From Polyangiaceae bacterium (GTDB taxonomy: Bacteria > Myxococcota_A > Polyangia > Polyangiales > Polyangiaceae): DNA of 64,000 bases. How positions within the stretch are numbered: position 1 is the stretch's first letter; each line of letters opens with the position of its first letter. The stretch lies in NCBI GenBank assembly GCA_044376115.1, contig JBILLK010000013.1, positions 96,001 through 160,000 of the forward strand, written 5' to 3'. Made by a program: the position numbers and the translations under genes. The notes under the pieces were generated by a model, which saw only the letters and a program-made list of their open reading frames with translations, was not told the DNA's origin and made no database searches. Shown piece after piece: positions 26,283 to 36,021 of the stretch.

Positions 26283-28339
26283 TGCGCCCCTCGACGCTGT
26301 TTGGGATCTGCGCGCTGATCGCTCAGCCGCTCCTTGTTGCCTACCCAAGCGCCGTGCTGGCCGCGGAGGTCGTTGACGTCAGCATCGCCGGGGACGCAGG
26401 GTGCGCGGTTCGCGACGACGGTGCCCTCTTCTGCTTTGGCTACGTCGGCGTGATGGGTCGTGACCACGACGGCGCGCTCAAGCGTGTCGCTAACGTGACC
26501 GCGAAGCACGTCGCTGTCAGTGGCCAGCACGTCTGCTTCGTCGACACGAAGGGAGCTGTGCAGTGCGGCGGCCGCGGAGACGCCGTGTCCGTATTACCCG
26601 GAAGCGCGCCTCCCGAAGCGGACGACATCCCGGATCCTGAGGCCGCTGAGTGGCGCACGGTGCCGGACGTCTCGAACGCGATCGACGTTGCCACAGGAAG
26701 GCATCACACCTGCGCGCTGACGAAGAGCGGCGACGTCGTTTGTTGGGGCTCGACGTATTACGGCCGCGTTGGGCCTTCGAACCCCCACGGGGGGCCCGCG
26801 AGAGTTCCTGGGCTCGGCGTCGTGAAGGAGCTCGCGGTGAGTGGCGACACGACCTGCGTTCTTTCGGCCGACAAGAAGGTTCGTTGCTTCGGAGAGCTGT
26901 GGACCCACGAAGGGAAAGACGTCAAGGATGGTGAGGTCATCACGCTCGCTATTCCTCCAGCCTCCAGCCTCGGGATTGGGTACGGGTTCGCGTGTGGCCT
27001 GTCAGAGGACGGTCTCCACGCGGGGTGCGCCGGTCGAGCCGTGTCGTTCACCGGCAAAGAGACCGAGAACGCAAAGACCCTCAAGCTCCCCGCAAAGGCG
27101 GCGAAGCTCGTGAGCGGAGGCGCTGGTCTGTGCGCACTTGGCGAGAGCGGAGAGCTCTGGTGCTCGGGAGAGTTGCAATCGCTCCTCGCGCGTACGGGCG
27201 AGCTCAAGCCGGGTGCATGGGCGGCCTACCCGACCGCGCTGCGAGCAGCTGCGCTCTCCTCCTATGACGTGCTCGCGATCGGAACGGACGGAGCGCTCCT
27301 GTTCGCGGGCGGCTTCAAAGGCGGCCCGCTGCCGATGAAGCCAGTCCAGAGAATGGCCGTCAGCGTCCAAGGGCTCGCGAATGTGGTGGAGCTCGCAGCG
27401 GGAGCGCAGCACGTTTGTGCGCGCCTCGAGGACGGCACGCTCAGCTGTTGGGGAGGCTCCTCGGAGGATGCGGCCGTTCCGCGCGCGATAGCGGGCCTCG
27501 ACTCGATCACCGCGCTCGACGCAGGCGGCAATACAACCTGCGCGCGACACAGCTCAGGCAAACTGAGCTGCTTCCAAACCAAGCACGTCGCGAACGCTCC
27601 GAGCGAGCGCCTCGAGGCTCCGAGCCAGCCAGCTTCGGTGGCGAGCGTCGCGGTCGGCGCTTCCCACGCCTGCCTGCTCGACGCCCAAGGCGGCGTAGCG
27701 TGTTGGGGCTCGGCCTACGACCAGGCGCTTGGCTACAAGGCAAAGGAGGAATACCCCGAAGCGGTCAAGAAGCCCGTCGCCATCGCCGGTCTCTCCGCGA
27801 TCACACAGCTTGATGCGGGCTCGAGCGCGACGTGTGCGCTCACGACGTCCGGCACCGTACGCTGCTGGGGTCGCAACGAGGCCGGCGTCCTTGGCAACGG
27901 CGAAAGCAAGAAGAGCGCGCTCGCTGCGGACGTCGTTTCCCTCCCCCCCGCGACGAAGATCGAGCTCGGCACGAGCATCGCGTGCGGGCTCGGGAAAGAT
28001 CAACGTGCCTATTGCTGGGGCAGCGGCGCGCTCGCTCCCGTCCCTTGGCCCGGCGACGCAAACGTGATCGACGTCGCTGCAGGAGAAGCCTACTCGGACG
28101 CTCCAGCCAGCGGGGCTTGCATCGTCCGAGCGACCGGCCGGGTCGAGTGTGGACTACCCGGTAGCGCGCGGACCATCAAAGGTGTCGAAGGAGCAACCGC
28201 CGTCACCGCCGGCAGCGGCTTCGCCTGCGCCATCCTCCGCGACAAGACCGTGAAGTGCTGGGGCAAACGCGACGCCGGTCAGCTCGGCGATGGCCGGCCG
28301 CCCATCACCACCACGTTTGAGGTCGTCGCGTTGCCGTGA
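26282..28339 (+). CDS. Secreted RCC1/BLIP-II repeat beta-propeller protein
   Basis: Signal peptide; many repeats such as ATGRHHTCALTKSGDVVCWG and AGSGFACAILRDKTVKCWG; coupled to the WD40 gene. Confidence 0.9.
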   Translation: MRPSTLFGICALIAQPLLVAYPSAVLAAEVVDVSIAGDAGCAVRDDGALFCFGYVGVMGRDHDGALKRVANVTAKHVAVSGQHVCFVDTKGAVQCGGRGDAVSVLPGSAPPEADDIPDPEAAEWRTVPDVSNAIDVATGRHHTCALTKSGDVVCWGSTYYGRVGPSNPHGGPARVPGLGVVKELAVSGDTTCVLSADKKVRCFGELWTHEGKDVKDGEVITLAIPPASSLGIGYGFACGLSEDGLHAGCAGRAVSFTGKETENAKTLKLPAKAAKLVSGGAGLCALGESGELWCSGELQSLLARTGELKPGAWAAYPTALRAAALSSYDVLAIGTDGALLFAGGFKGGPLPMKPVQRMAVSVQGLANVVELAAGAQHVCARLEDGTLSCWGGSSEDAAVPRAIAGLDSITALDAGGNTTCARHSSGKLSCFQTKHVANAPSERLEAPSQPASVASVAVGASHACLLDAQGGVACWGSAYDQALGYKAKEEYPEAVKKPVAIAGLSAITQLDAGSSATCALTTSGTVRCWGRNEAGVLGNGESKKSALAADVVSLPPATKIELGTSIACGLGKDQRAYCWGSGALAPVPWPGDANVIDVAAGEAYSDAPASGACIVRATGRVECGLPGSARTIKGVEGATAVTAGSGFACAILRDKTVKCWGKRDAGQLGDGRPPITTTFEVVALP

Positions 28340-28425
28340 GGTCGAACCACCGAGCGAGGTCGTAGAGGCGGCCCGCGTTCATGGGTGGTCGTGGTTCTTT
28401 GGGCGGCTGCACCATGCAGCTGCGG

Positions 28426-30222
28426 CTATCTGGGCTGCTTCAAGACCTCCCGTAGCAGCTCCTTCTCCTGCTTGATGGCCTGGTCGACCGCGTTGCCGCC
28501 GTCCACGAGCTCGAGCCAACCCTCCTCGCGCGCGCGAGCGATCGCCGCACCCTGAGCCGCGATGACGGTGGCGTCGTTACCCCACAGGGAGGTGATCGCG
28601 ACGCGCTCCTTGGCACCGCGCCGCTTCAGCACCGCGTTAACCAGCCCCACGACCGCGGGGACGTCGTACCAGTCGCCATTGTCCGCTGGCGCTACCTCGA
28701 ACACGACGCCGTCGAAGTAGGCGCGCAATTGATAGCTCGACACCCCGGCCTCATTTTCCTCAGCCAATTCTTCGAACATAACGCCCTGCATGGCTTTGGC
28801 GATGGGGCGCGAGAGTTGGCGCGCCAGGTGGTCGTGCTCATTCGGCCATTGGCCCGTCTCTGGATCGAAGTGCACCGCATGAACGCTCGACCCCAGCAGA
28901 TCTTCGCCCGTAGTCCACCTCTCGTCGGCTTGAGGTCGCAGCTCGAAGCCCATGCCCCTGAGCGACTCCAGCGCGGCTTGGCGGGACGCATAACGCGCAT
29001 GGAAGTGAACGGCCTGTCGAAGGCGGTAGGGCCCCGGATCCTGATCGGATGGGGGCCCAAGCCGGGAGGCCAGCTTCTGCGAGACCGCGTTTGCTCGGGC
29101 AAAGTCGATGTTGGCCAACATGGTGAGCCGCGAAACCACCAGCCTCCCGACCTCGGGAGATCGCGGCTCGATTGTCGGCCCTTCCAGGCAACGAGCGATG
29201 GCGTCCGCGAGCTCCTGTTTTTTGGTTGGGTATTCCTCGGCAAGACGCCGGAACGTTTCGTGGCGCGGGTCACACGCAGCGGCACTCAGATCGCCAGGCC
29301 AAGCCGAGCGGGTAGCGCTGAGTTGCGTGCACTGCAGTTCGCCCGCGTTCTCGGGACTGGCGCACCACGCGAGACAGACGCGCCGAGCTTCGGCGTGGGA
29401 CTCGTGCAAGGCGCATGCAGCCTCGGCGTAACGGCCCTTCGCAGGTCCGGTGGTGCGCCCGTGTCGCTTGAGGATGAAGTCCCTGACCGTCTCGTCGCCC
29501 GCTACCGCGAGCCTCCTCAAGATGGCCGACACCCCAAAATGAGTTCCCGGCACCTTGCCGGTGGACTCGCCGGCCAGCGCAAGTGCAACAAGCTTCTTCC
29601 AAGGTCGTTTGGGCGCGGTCCACTTCTCGGAGGAGAAAGACCGAGTCATGAGATGGTCCAGCGTCGCCTGGATGGGAGCGTCCTCCTGGTCGAAATACTC
29701 ATCGAAGCGCTCGCTGCAGCCGGCCAGGGCGTGCCAGACGACCTGTCGCACCAGCAGCGGACGTGAGCTCTTCGTCACCTCGGCGGACCATTCACAGCGC
29801 GACTCTTCGCTGCAGTACTTGACGAAATCGACGTACGGCTCGAGCGCCTCGAGACTCTTGGCCCGAGGTGCGGCCGCCTCCAGCGCCTCGAGAAACCGCG
29901 CGCGCATCGAGCCTTCTCCCGAACAAATAGCGTCTCGCACGTACGACGGCGGGGGCGATTCGGCAGGCCAGGATTCTTTCCCGAGGACGAGCTTTGCGCC
30001 GAAACGCGCAGGCACGGTGGCCGGACGCTCCGTGACAGCGGCGTACACGAACGGATCGGCCATCGGGGTCGGAGCCGCGGGCGCCGTCGAAGCTGCGGTC
30101 GAAGCGAGCGGCGCGAGCGATGACGAGGTCTGAACGCCGGCATTCGATGAGCTGCCCGAGCAAGCCGCGAGCGAGATGATTCCGGCGAGGGCAACGAGGT
30201 GAGGGGTTGCGATGAACGACAT
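28426..30222 (-). CDS. Hypothetical lipoprotein (~598 aa)
   Basis: MSFIATPHLVALAGIISLAA-C; long open frame. Confidence 0.8.
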   Translation of the reverse strand: MSFIATPHLVALAGIISLAACSGSSSNAGVQTSSSLAPLASTAASTAPAAPTPMADPFVYAAVTERPATVPARFGAKLVLGKESWPAESPPPSYVRDAICSGEGSMRARFLEALEAAAPRAKSLEALEPYVDFVKYCSEESRCEWSAEVTKSSRPLLVRQVVWHALAGCSERFDEYFDQEDAPIQATLDHLMTRSFSSEKWTAPKRPWKKLVALALAGESTGKVPGTHFGVSAILRRLAVAGDETVRDFILKRHGRTTGPAKGRYAEAACALHESHAEARRVCLAWCASPENAGELQCTQLSATRSAWPGDLSAAACDPRHETFRRLAEEYPTKKQELADAIARCLEGPTIEPRSPEVGRLVVSRLTMLANIDFARANAVSQKLASRLGPPSDQDPGPYRLRQAVHFHARYASRQAALESLRGMGFELRPQADERWTTGEDLLGSSVHAVHFDPETGQWPNEHDHLARQLSRPIAKAMQGVMFEELAEENEAGVSSYQLRAYFDGVVFEVAPADNGDWYDVPAVVGLVNAVLKRRGAKERVAITSLWGNDATVIAAQGAAIARAREEGWLELVDGGNAVDQAIKQEKELLREVLKQPR

Positions 30223-30359
30223 CGCGTGTGCACTTTGCACGGGCTCGGCAGGGAGACCAGAGGGTCTATCGGCCGACCGATGGGAGGCCACAACCTCGTT
30301 GGCGAGGTCATCGAGCTTGGTCGACTGCGGACTGTGCAAGAAGTCGAAAGAACGACGAT

Positions 30360-30393
30360 CCCTTTCTCAACGAAACGTCCAGTTCGCGGGTCA
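30360..30393 (-). repeat. Family C half element
   Basis: ccctttctcaacgaaacgtccagttcg lies directly after the stop of 30391-31731. Confidence 0.75.
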
Positions 30394-31731
30394 AACGTCG
30401 ACGACCGAGATCGTACGCAGGTAGTAGTCCTCATCCAGTCGACGCGTAACGATGGTGGGATCATCCACCCGCATGCGTATCTCGAACGTGCCACGGCGCG
30501 TCGGGCGCCACGCGTAGGACCACAACGTCCACGTCGCGTTGGTGGTCATGGCCGGACATACCTGCACAGCAGCCCAAGGGCCGTCGCCGAAGCGAATCGA
30601 CAGGGCGTTGGTTAGAGCCGAGCCGCCCCAGAGAATGCCGACCACGCGCAGCAGCGGACCGCTCGGCGTAGACCAGCTCTCGACTCGCACGGGCATCGCG
30701 GCCTGGTCAATCGTCGCCGGCGCATACATCGCGGCGAGCTCAGGAACGCCAACCTGCTGGGTGCGCGACGCAAACTCCTTCATATGGGCGGTCGCCGGCT
30801 CGCTGTCATCCACCAGGACGATCTCATCGACCCACTTGATGCAGGTGCAGCCGTACCAGCCCGGCACCAGCAAGCGCACCGGCGCGCCGTGATCGGGCGG
30901 CAATGCCACCTCGTTCATTTCGGTAGCGAGGAACGCGTCCGCCAGCTGCTCGAAGGTGAAGATCCAACTCGCGCCAGGCTTGGAGTGACCGTTCTCCGAA
31001 GGCAGCGAGTGACCGTCGAAGCCTGAGATCAGTACGCGCGTGGCACTTCGATTGGGTGCGAGACTCGCGAGCAGGTCGAGCACCGGGGCGCCCGCCCAGC
31101 GGGCCGCACTGAGCAGACCGAAGCTGCCACCGCGACCATTTCCCGAGCACTCCATCAGGTGCACACCGCGCGCCGACACCAGCGGCTTGAGCTCGGCGAG
31201 CGTCAGTTCACGCGGACGCTCCACCAACCCGCTCACGCGGATGCGCCAAGGCGCTCGAGGATCGAGCAAGTCCGGATAGCGGGTGCGGATGTAGAACTGG
31301 TCATTGGGCGTGATCAGGCTGTCCGCGGAGAGCGTCGACAAGTCGGTGTACAGCCGGCCGTCCCAGCCAGCCTTGAGCGGCACGCCAAGCTCGGTATCCC
31401 CGTCGTCGATGAAGGGCAGCTCTCCGATGCGTTCACCGCCGGCGAAAGGGTCTTCTGCGCAGCCAGCCCCGCCGGCACCCCCTGCCCCGCCTTCACCAGC
31501 TCCGGCGGCACCGCCCCCGACGCCTTCGTCATCACCACAAGCGAGCAGGAGACTGCCCGCTGCGGCTGCGCTCGTCAGAAACTCCCTGCGGGACGCGCCA
31601 GGCACCCAGCTAGCTTCGCCCAACTCCGCAGCGCGGTCCACAGACGAACCCAGCGTGCGACCTGCAAGCTCGCGTCGTACGGCTCGTGACAGGAGCGCTC
31701 CTGGCGATGGCTGTGTGGGACCGCGCGGCAT
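30391..31731 (-). CDS. Sulfite oxidase-family molybdopterin oxidoreductase, Tat-exported
   Basis: SRREFL twin-arginine motif; TPNDQFYIR, MECSGN (Mo-ligand Cys), LPPDHGAPVRLLVPGWYG...KWVDEI. Confidence 0.9.
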   Translation of the reverse strand: MPRGPTQPSPGALLSRAVRRELAGRTLGSSVDRAAELGEASWVPGASRREFLTSAAAAGSLLLACGDDEGVGGGAAGAGEGGAGGAGGAGCAEDPFAGGERIGELPFIDDGDTELGVPLKAGWDGRLYTDLSTLSADSLITPNDQFYIRTRYPDLLDPRAPWRIRVSGLVERPRELTLAELKPLVSARGVHLMECSGNGRGGSFGLLSAARWAGAPVLDLLASLAPNRSATRVLISGFDGHSLPSENGHSKPGASWIFTFEQLADAFLATEMNEVALPPDHGAPVRLLVPGWYGCTCIKWVDEIVLVDDSEPATAHMKEFASRTQQVGVPELAAMYAPATIDQAAMPVRVESWSTPSGPLLRVVGILWGGSALTNALSIRFGDGPWAAVQVCPAMTTNATWTLWSYAWRPTRRGTFEIRMRVDDPTIVTRRLDEDYYLRTISVVDV

Positions 31732-31756
31732 GCGGCCCTCACCTGGGTGTGGGGCA

Positions 31757-32392
31757 TCAGCGATAGGTCTGGCAGTTGTTGATGCAATTGGCGCGAGGTA
31801 TCCCCGTTAGCGGCGCGCATTGCATGGTGCAGGCGTCATAGCGGTTCTGGCGCTCGCGCGCGGCGGCCTCGGCCTTCGCGGCGCGCTCCTCGGCGGTGCT
31901 CGCGCCGACGACGCGACCGTTCTTGATCGTGAGGTTCGCCTCGGCTGGGTACGTCTTGCCGCCGATGTCGTGCTCGTTGGCGACGTTCGCCCAGACGATC
32001 TTGCCCTCACGAAAGCGGACCTTGTCCCCCGCAAGGAGTGCCAGCCCGTCGTATTCGTGGTCTTCGCCGAGGACGGCGTGCTCCATCTCCAGGTGCCCGC
32101 CCCACGCCGTGAAGACGAGCTCCGATGCGGCTGGGAAGGTGAGGCCCTCGAGCACGGTCTCCTGCGACAGGGTGATCGACGCGATGCGGTCGTTCTTGAA
32201 CTTCACCTGCGACCCGGCGGCCAGCGTTAGCCCCGGGATCGGCGTGGCAGCTGTCGTGAGCTCGATGCGATCGCGGTCGAGCGCCTTGAAGCTCGTCTCA
32301 GGAAAGAGCTGGCGATCTCCCATGCAGCCCGGCAGCAGCGTGAGCGAACCGAGCAGGAGCAGAGCGGCGAGAAACGTCTTCGTAGTGTGCAT
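31757..32392 (-). CDS. Near-identical copy 2 of the 23343-23978 lipoprotein
   Basis: Two amino-acid differences seen (F/L, K/E); similarity extends ~110 bp upstream. Confidence 0.85.
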   Translation of the reverse strand: MHTTKTFLAALLLLGSLTLLPGCMGDRQLFPETSFKALDRDRIELTTAATPIPGLTLAAGSQVKFKNDRIASITLSQETVLEGLTFPAASELVFTAWGGHLEMEHAVLGEDHEYDGLALLAGDKVRFREGKIVWANVANEHDIGGKTYPAEANLTIKNGRVVGASTAEERAAKAEAAARERQNRYDACTMQCAPLTGIPRANCINNCQTYR

Positions 32393-32552
32393 GGCGCAGC
32401 CCATCGCAAGCGACGTGCCGCTGGATTCACAGCGGTCTTCGCCTGCCCGTACGCGCGGCCGTGTCCTCGAGGACACGGCCCGAAGGGCGACATCGTGTCC
32501 TCGCAGTCCCGACGAGCCCGCACGTTACAGCGTTGGATGAGCCATCGCTCGG

Positions 32553-33704
32553 TCAGAATTGGTGAAGGATGGGGACGCCGTCGGACTCCATCAGCACTCG
32601 CCTGGTTCGTTTGGAGATCGCCGAGGGGAATTCGCCTTCGAATCGGGCGATCTCCGCTCGGCTCCCAGCATCGATCACCACCACGTCTCCGTAGTGTTCC
32701 TCACGGAATGCAACCAGACTGCCATCCTCACTGATTCTGGGCGATTCACCTCGGATTCGATGCACCACGCCCACGTTCGTATCGACGAGGGCGAACCCGC
32801 GGCGAAGTCGCACGACGGCTCGCCCCCCTGCGAACCCGAACACATCCGTAAGGTCGGAGTCCCACGACGCGTTTCCCAGAAGAGGTTGCGCGTCGCCGCA
32901 CAGGTCGACGACTGCGTACCCGCGCTCCCCCGTCACAAAGAAGCGCCCGTCGCGAGAATGGCTCCGGTTGTAGTCGTGTCCGTCAGGAGTGACCCAAAAC
33001 TTCCCGCCGTACAGCCATCTGGTGCCTTGGGAGGTAGTCTCGTAGGCGAGCCCGTGGCCGCGCTCGCCTACGCGGTCGTCTGTGGCCGCGTACGACCCTG
33101 GAGCCAAGAAGTGTGGTCGCCCAACCCCGTCGAGGAGAGGCTGGATACGGCGAGACGCAACGCGACGGAAACCATCCCTGCGGCTGTACCATCGCTCCCC
33201 ATCTTTTGCATAAACGACCAACGAATCGCCGTTGGCAACGGCGCCTCTAATGTTCTCCCCAGCGACCGTGCCCAAGACGCGTAGCCGCTCGTCGAGCCAG
33301 AACACTTGCGCGGAGTTCTTGGCGAGCACGGTCTCCGCATCGTCGCTCAAGTAGAAAGAAGTGCCTAGCTCGCGCAACCCGGGAATCCCAGGGCCAGCGG
33401 TCGCGGTCGTGCTCTCCTGCGCCGTGCTCCAGTTGTCCACCAAGTCATCGGAAGTTGGACGCGAACCACCGCAGCGGCCGCCTTCGGCAAAGGGATCGAT
33501 GCTGGTGGCCTGTACGCTCGCTGTGGCTGACGCGAGAACGTTGGCAGAGCTCGAAGCCACGCTGTTCAGCGCGTTTGGCGACTCGCTGATCGGGCCAGAC
33601 GCACAGGCAGCAAGCCCGAGGCAAGCTAGTACCACGAATGGGCCGCAGAGCCTCTGCGTGCGCGAAGTGGGGGCGATACGATCGCCGCGGTTTGCTGTCC
33701 TCAT
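32553..33704 (-). CDS. Hypothetical lipoprotein, beta-propeller-like
   Basis: LAA-C lipobox; SRDGRFFV and ISEDGSLVAF. Start uncertain. Confidence 0.65.
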   Translation of the reverse strand: MRTANRGDRIAPTSRTQRLCGPFVVLACLGLAACASGPISESPNALNSVASSSANVLASATASVQATSIDPFAEGGRCGGSRPTSDDLVDNWSTAQESTTATAGPGIPGLRELGTSFYLSDDAETVLAKNSAQVFWLDERLRVLGTVAGENIRGAVANGDSLVVYAKDGERWYSRRDGFRRVASRRIQPLLDGVGRPHFLAPGSYAATDDRVGERGHGLAYETTSQGTRWLYGGKFWVTPDGHDYNRSHSRDGRFFVTGERGYAVVDLCGDAQPLLGNASWDSDLTDVFGFAGGRAVVRLRRGFALVDTNVGVVHRIRGESPRISEDGSLVAFREEHYGDVVVIDAGSRAEIARFEGEFPSAISKRTRRVLMESDGVPILHQF

Positions 33705-33821
33705 AGGCCGACCCATAAAGCGCCATTCACTTTGCGTCGAGGACGAGCTGCTCGGAGGGCACGCGAATCGCGCCCAAATAGAGCTTGAACGAACGACCGG
33801 ACGGACCACGCAGCGGTCGAG

Positions 33822-33977
33822 ATCGAACGGCCCGGCGGGAGCGTGCAGCTCCATGTTTGGGAAGGCATGGTCCACGTCTTCACCTCGAGCATCACCACCC
33901 TCGAGGCTGCTCGCAGCGCCATGACCGACAGCGGCGGCTTTCTCGCCAAACACCTGCGCGCTGCAACAAATGCTTAG
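33822..33977 (+). pseudogene. C-terminal remnant of an HSL/Aes-family alpha/beta hydrolase
   Basis: Manual translation IERPGGSVQLHVWEGMVHVFTSSITTLEAARSAMTDSGGFLAKHLRAATNA* (catalytic-His region); not in the ORF track. Confidence 0.65.
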
Positions 33978-34042
33978 CAAGAAGCTCATCGATCGACGGC
34001 CCAAGGGCTAGGACCTCGAACTGCACGACCTCGCCCGCGCAC

Positions 34043-34142
34043 GGGATCGAGGCTCGAACTGGACGTTTTGTTGAGAAAGGGCGCCGATCGCCTAGGGATG
34101 GGTGGCTGAATTCAACAAAACGTCCAATTCGAGGTCCCATCC
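34043..34142 (+). repeat. Family C element
   Basis: Full arms and loop, between convergent 3' ends. Confidence 0.95.
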
Positions 34143-34225
34143 AAGCGCCCGGCGCGCCACCCTGCGCAGGGGCTGCGCGGGCTCTTGGGCTATCGGCGGC
34201 GGAGGCTCCACGTGCTCGCTCAGGC

Positions 34226-34612
34226 TCACTGCGGCTGCTTGAGCGCGGTGACCTCGATCTCGATCTTCATCCGAGGGTCTGCAAGGCCTGCTGAGATCAT
34301 CATCGCGGCGGGCCTGATCGTGCCGAAGTACTTCTTCAGCACCGGCCAACATTGGGGGAACTCACTGGCATTGGGCAGCACGTAGGTGACCCGGACCACG
34401 TCGTTGAGGCTTGAACCTGCTTGCTCGAGCGCGGCCGCGATGTTCCTTAGACACTGCTCAGTCTGGGCCTCGAGACCGTCCGATATGGTCATTGTTGTGT
34501 AGTCGAATCCAGTCGTTCCGGAGACGAATACCCAATCGCCTTGAACGACGGCTCTGCTGTAGCCGATCTCTTCTTCAAAGGTTGAGCCCGAGCTGATGAG
34601 GACGCGTTTCAT
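34226..34612 (-). CDS. Rid (YjgF/YER057c/UK114) family protein
   Basis: ISSGSTFEEEIGYSRAVV..VSGTTG; RPAAMMI..LADPRMKIEIEVTA. Confidence 0.92.
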   Translation of the reverse strand: MKRVLISSGSTFEEEIGYSRAVVQGDWVFVSGTTGFDYTTMTISDGLEAQTEQCLRNIAAALEQAGSSLNDVVRVTYVLPNASEFPQCWPVLKKYFGTIRPAAMMISAGLADPRMKIEIEVTALKQPQ

Positions 34613-34694
34613 CGGTCCTTTATAGTGCGCCGCTGTGCTGAGCGAAAGTTACACCGCTCCATCGCGAAGCGCGGATCGAAGGCGCCATTGCGCG

Positions 34695-35063
34695 CTATTC
34701 CCCGCGGGTGGTCGGCAGGCCCGCGGCCCACCACGCGAGCATCCCTCCGGCGAGCTGGCGCGCATCGACGAACCCACGTTCGCGGAGGGCGCGCACGGCC
34801 GGGATGCTGCGATGCGCGGACAGACAGATGCAAACGACCAAACGGCCCGGCTCGAGCCCCAACGCTAGCGGGTCACGCTCGAGATCTCCCATCCGCGTGT
34901 GGTTGGCGCCATCGATCCGGCTGAGCGCCCACTCGCTCCGCGTCCGCACGTCCACGAGCTGTGGCGAGGGGGAGCGTTCGAGCGCGGCGGCGAGCTCCCT
35001 TGCTGGGATCTCGGCGACGGAGCCGAACGGGAGCCGCTTGGCGAGTTGACCGAGGAGCGACAT
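34695..35063 (-). CDS. Rhodanese-like domain protein
   Basis: LVDVRTRSEW..RIDGA; ICLSAHRS; LAGGMLAW. Confidence 0.9.
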   Translation of the reverse strand: MSLLGQLAKRLPFGSVAEIPARELAAALERSPSPQLVDVRTRSEWALSRIDGANHTRMGDLERDPLALGLEPGRLVVCICLSAHRSIPAVRALRERGFVDARQLAGGMLAWWAAGLPTTRGE

Positions 35064-35099
35064 GACTCGTCGATGCTACAGGATTGTACTGCCACCCAA

Positions 35100-35933
35100 T
35101 CAACGCGCGCGGTCGGGGACGGCCCAAGGGCAGCGACCGGCAGGCGCGTCCGACGCCCAAGCGCGCAGCGCGTCTCCCGCGATGGGTGGGCCGTGACCCA
35201 CGTAGGCCACGCGGATATCGGCGCACGCGGCGATGTCTCGCGTGAAGCCCTCCGCTGCCGCGGTGCCCTCCTCGACCGGGTGCTGATGATAGAGGTGCGT
35301 CGCGGGCGTCCCGGCGTCGACGAGCCCTGCGAGCCAGCCACTGCGCACGAGGTCTCCGAGCACGACGACGCCGTTCTCGAGGTGAACGATCAAAGAGCCC
35401 GGCGTATGGCCGCCTGCGTGCATCACCTGCCCCGCAACGCCGTAAGCGCGGAGGTCGAACGGCGCGTCCCCCGCCATCACGAGCTCGGGCTCCAGCGCGG
35501 GAAAGGTCGAAGGGACGAAGAGCTGCACGAGGACCGCCTCGAGGTTGGTTGCGAACAAAGCGCCGTGATCACCGGCGCGCAACATGCCTGCGTCGCCCTC
35601 GTGAACGAGCACCGGAACCCCGAGCTCCTGAAAGGCGCGCGCGTTTCCCGCATAGTCCGAGTGGGCGTGAGTTAGCACGACGATGGCAAGCTCGTTCGGG
35701 TCGACCCCAGCCGCTCGAAGCGCTGCGGCGACATCGTCGAACGAGCCTTCGGGCCCCGTATCCACGAGGATCGGCCGCTCCCCGCGGATCAACGTCACGT
35801 TGTAGAGACCGCCGATCTCAAGCAGATCGACGCCGGGATTCATCGGTTCCGGCGTGACCGGCACGCGTTGGGTTGCGGTGGAGCAGCCCAGTCCGCTAGC
35901 AACGATAATGAGGCTGGCGACAAGGCTCCGCAT
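35100..35933 (-). CDS. MBL-fold metallo-hydrolase lipoprotein (HxHxDY variant)
   Basis: LVDTG, THAHSDYAG, GHTPGS, LGDLV, YVGHGP. Confidence 0.88.
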   Translation of the reverse strand: MRSLVASLIIVASGLGCSTATQRVPVTPEPMNPGVDLLEIGGLYNVTLIRGERPILVDTGPEGSFDDVAAALRAAGVDPNELAIVVLTHAHSDYAGNARAFQELGVPVLVHEGDAGMLRAGDHGALFATNLEAVLVQLFVPSTFPALEPELVMAGDAPFDLRAYGVAGQVMHAGGHTPGSLIVHLENGVVVLGDLVRSGWLAGLVDAGTPATHLYHQHPVEEGTAAAEGFTRDIAACADIRVAYVGHGPPIAGDALRAWASDAPAGRCPWAVPDRAR

Positions 35934-36021
35934 CGCTCTGGAGTCTACGCCCCGCGGGGTTATCTGGGTACGTGTTCGCCGTCGAGCAGCTCTCCACGGG
36001 CGATATGCTAGCGTCGCGACG

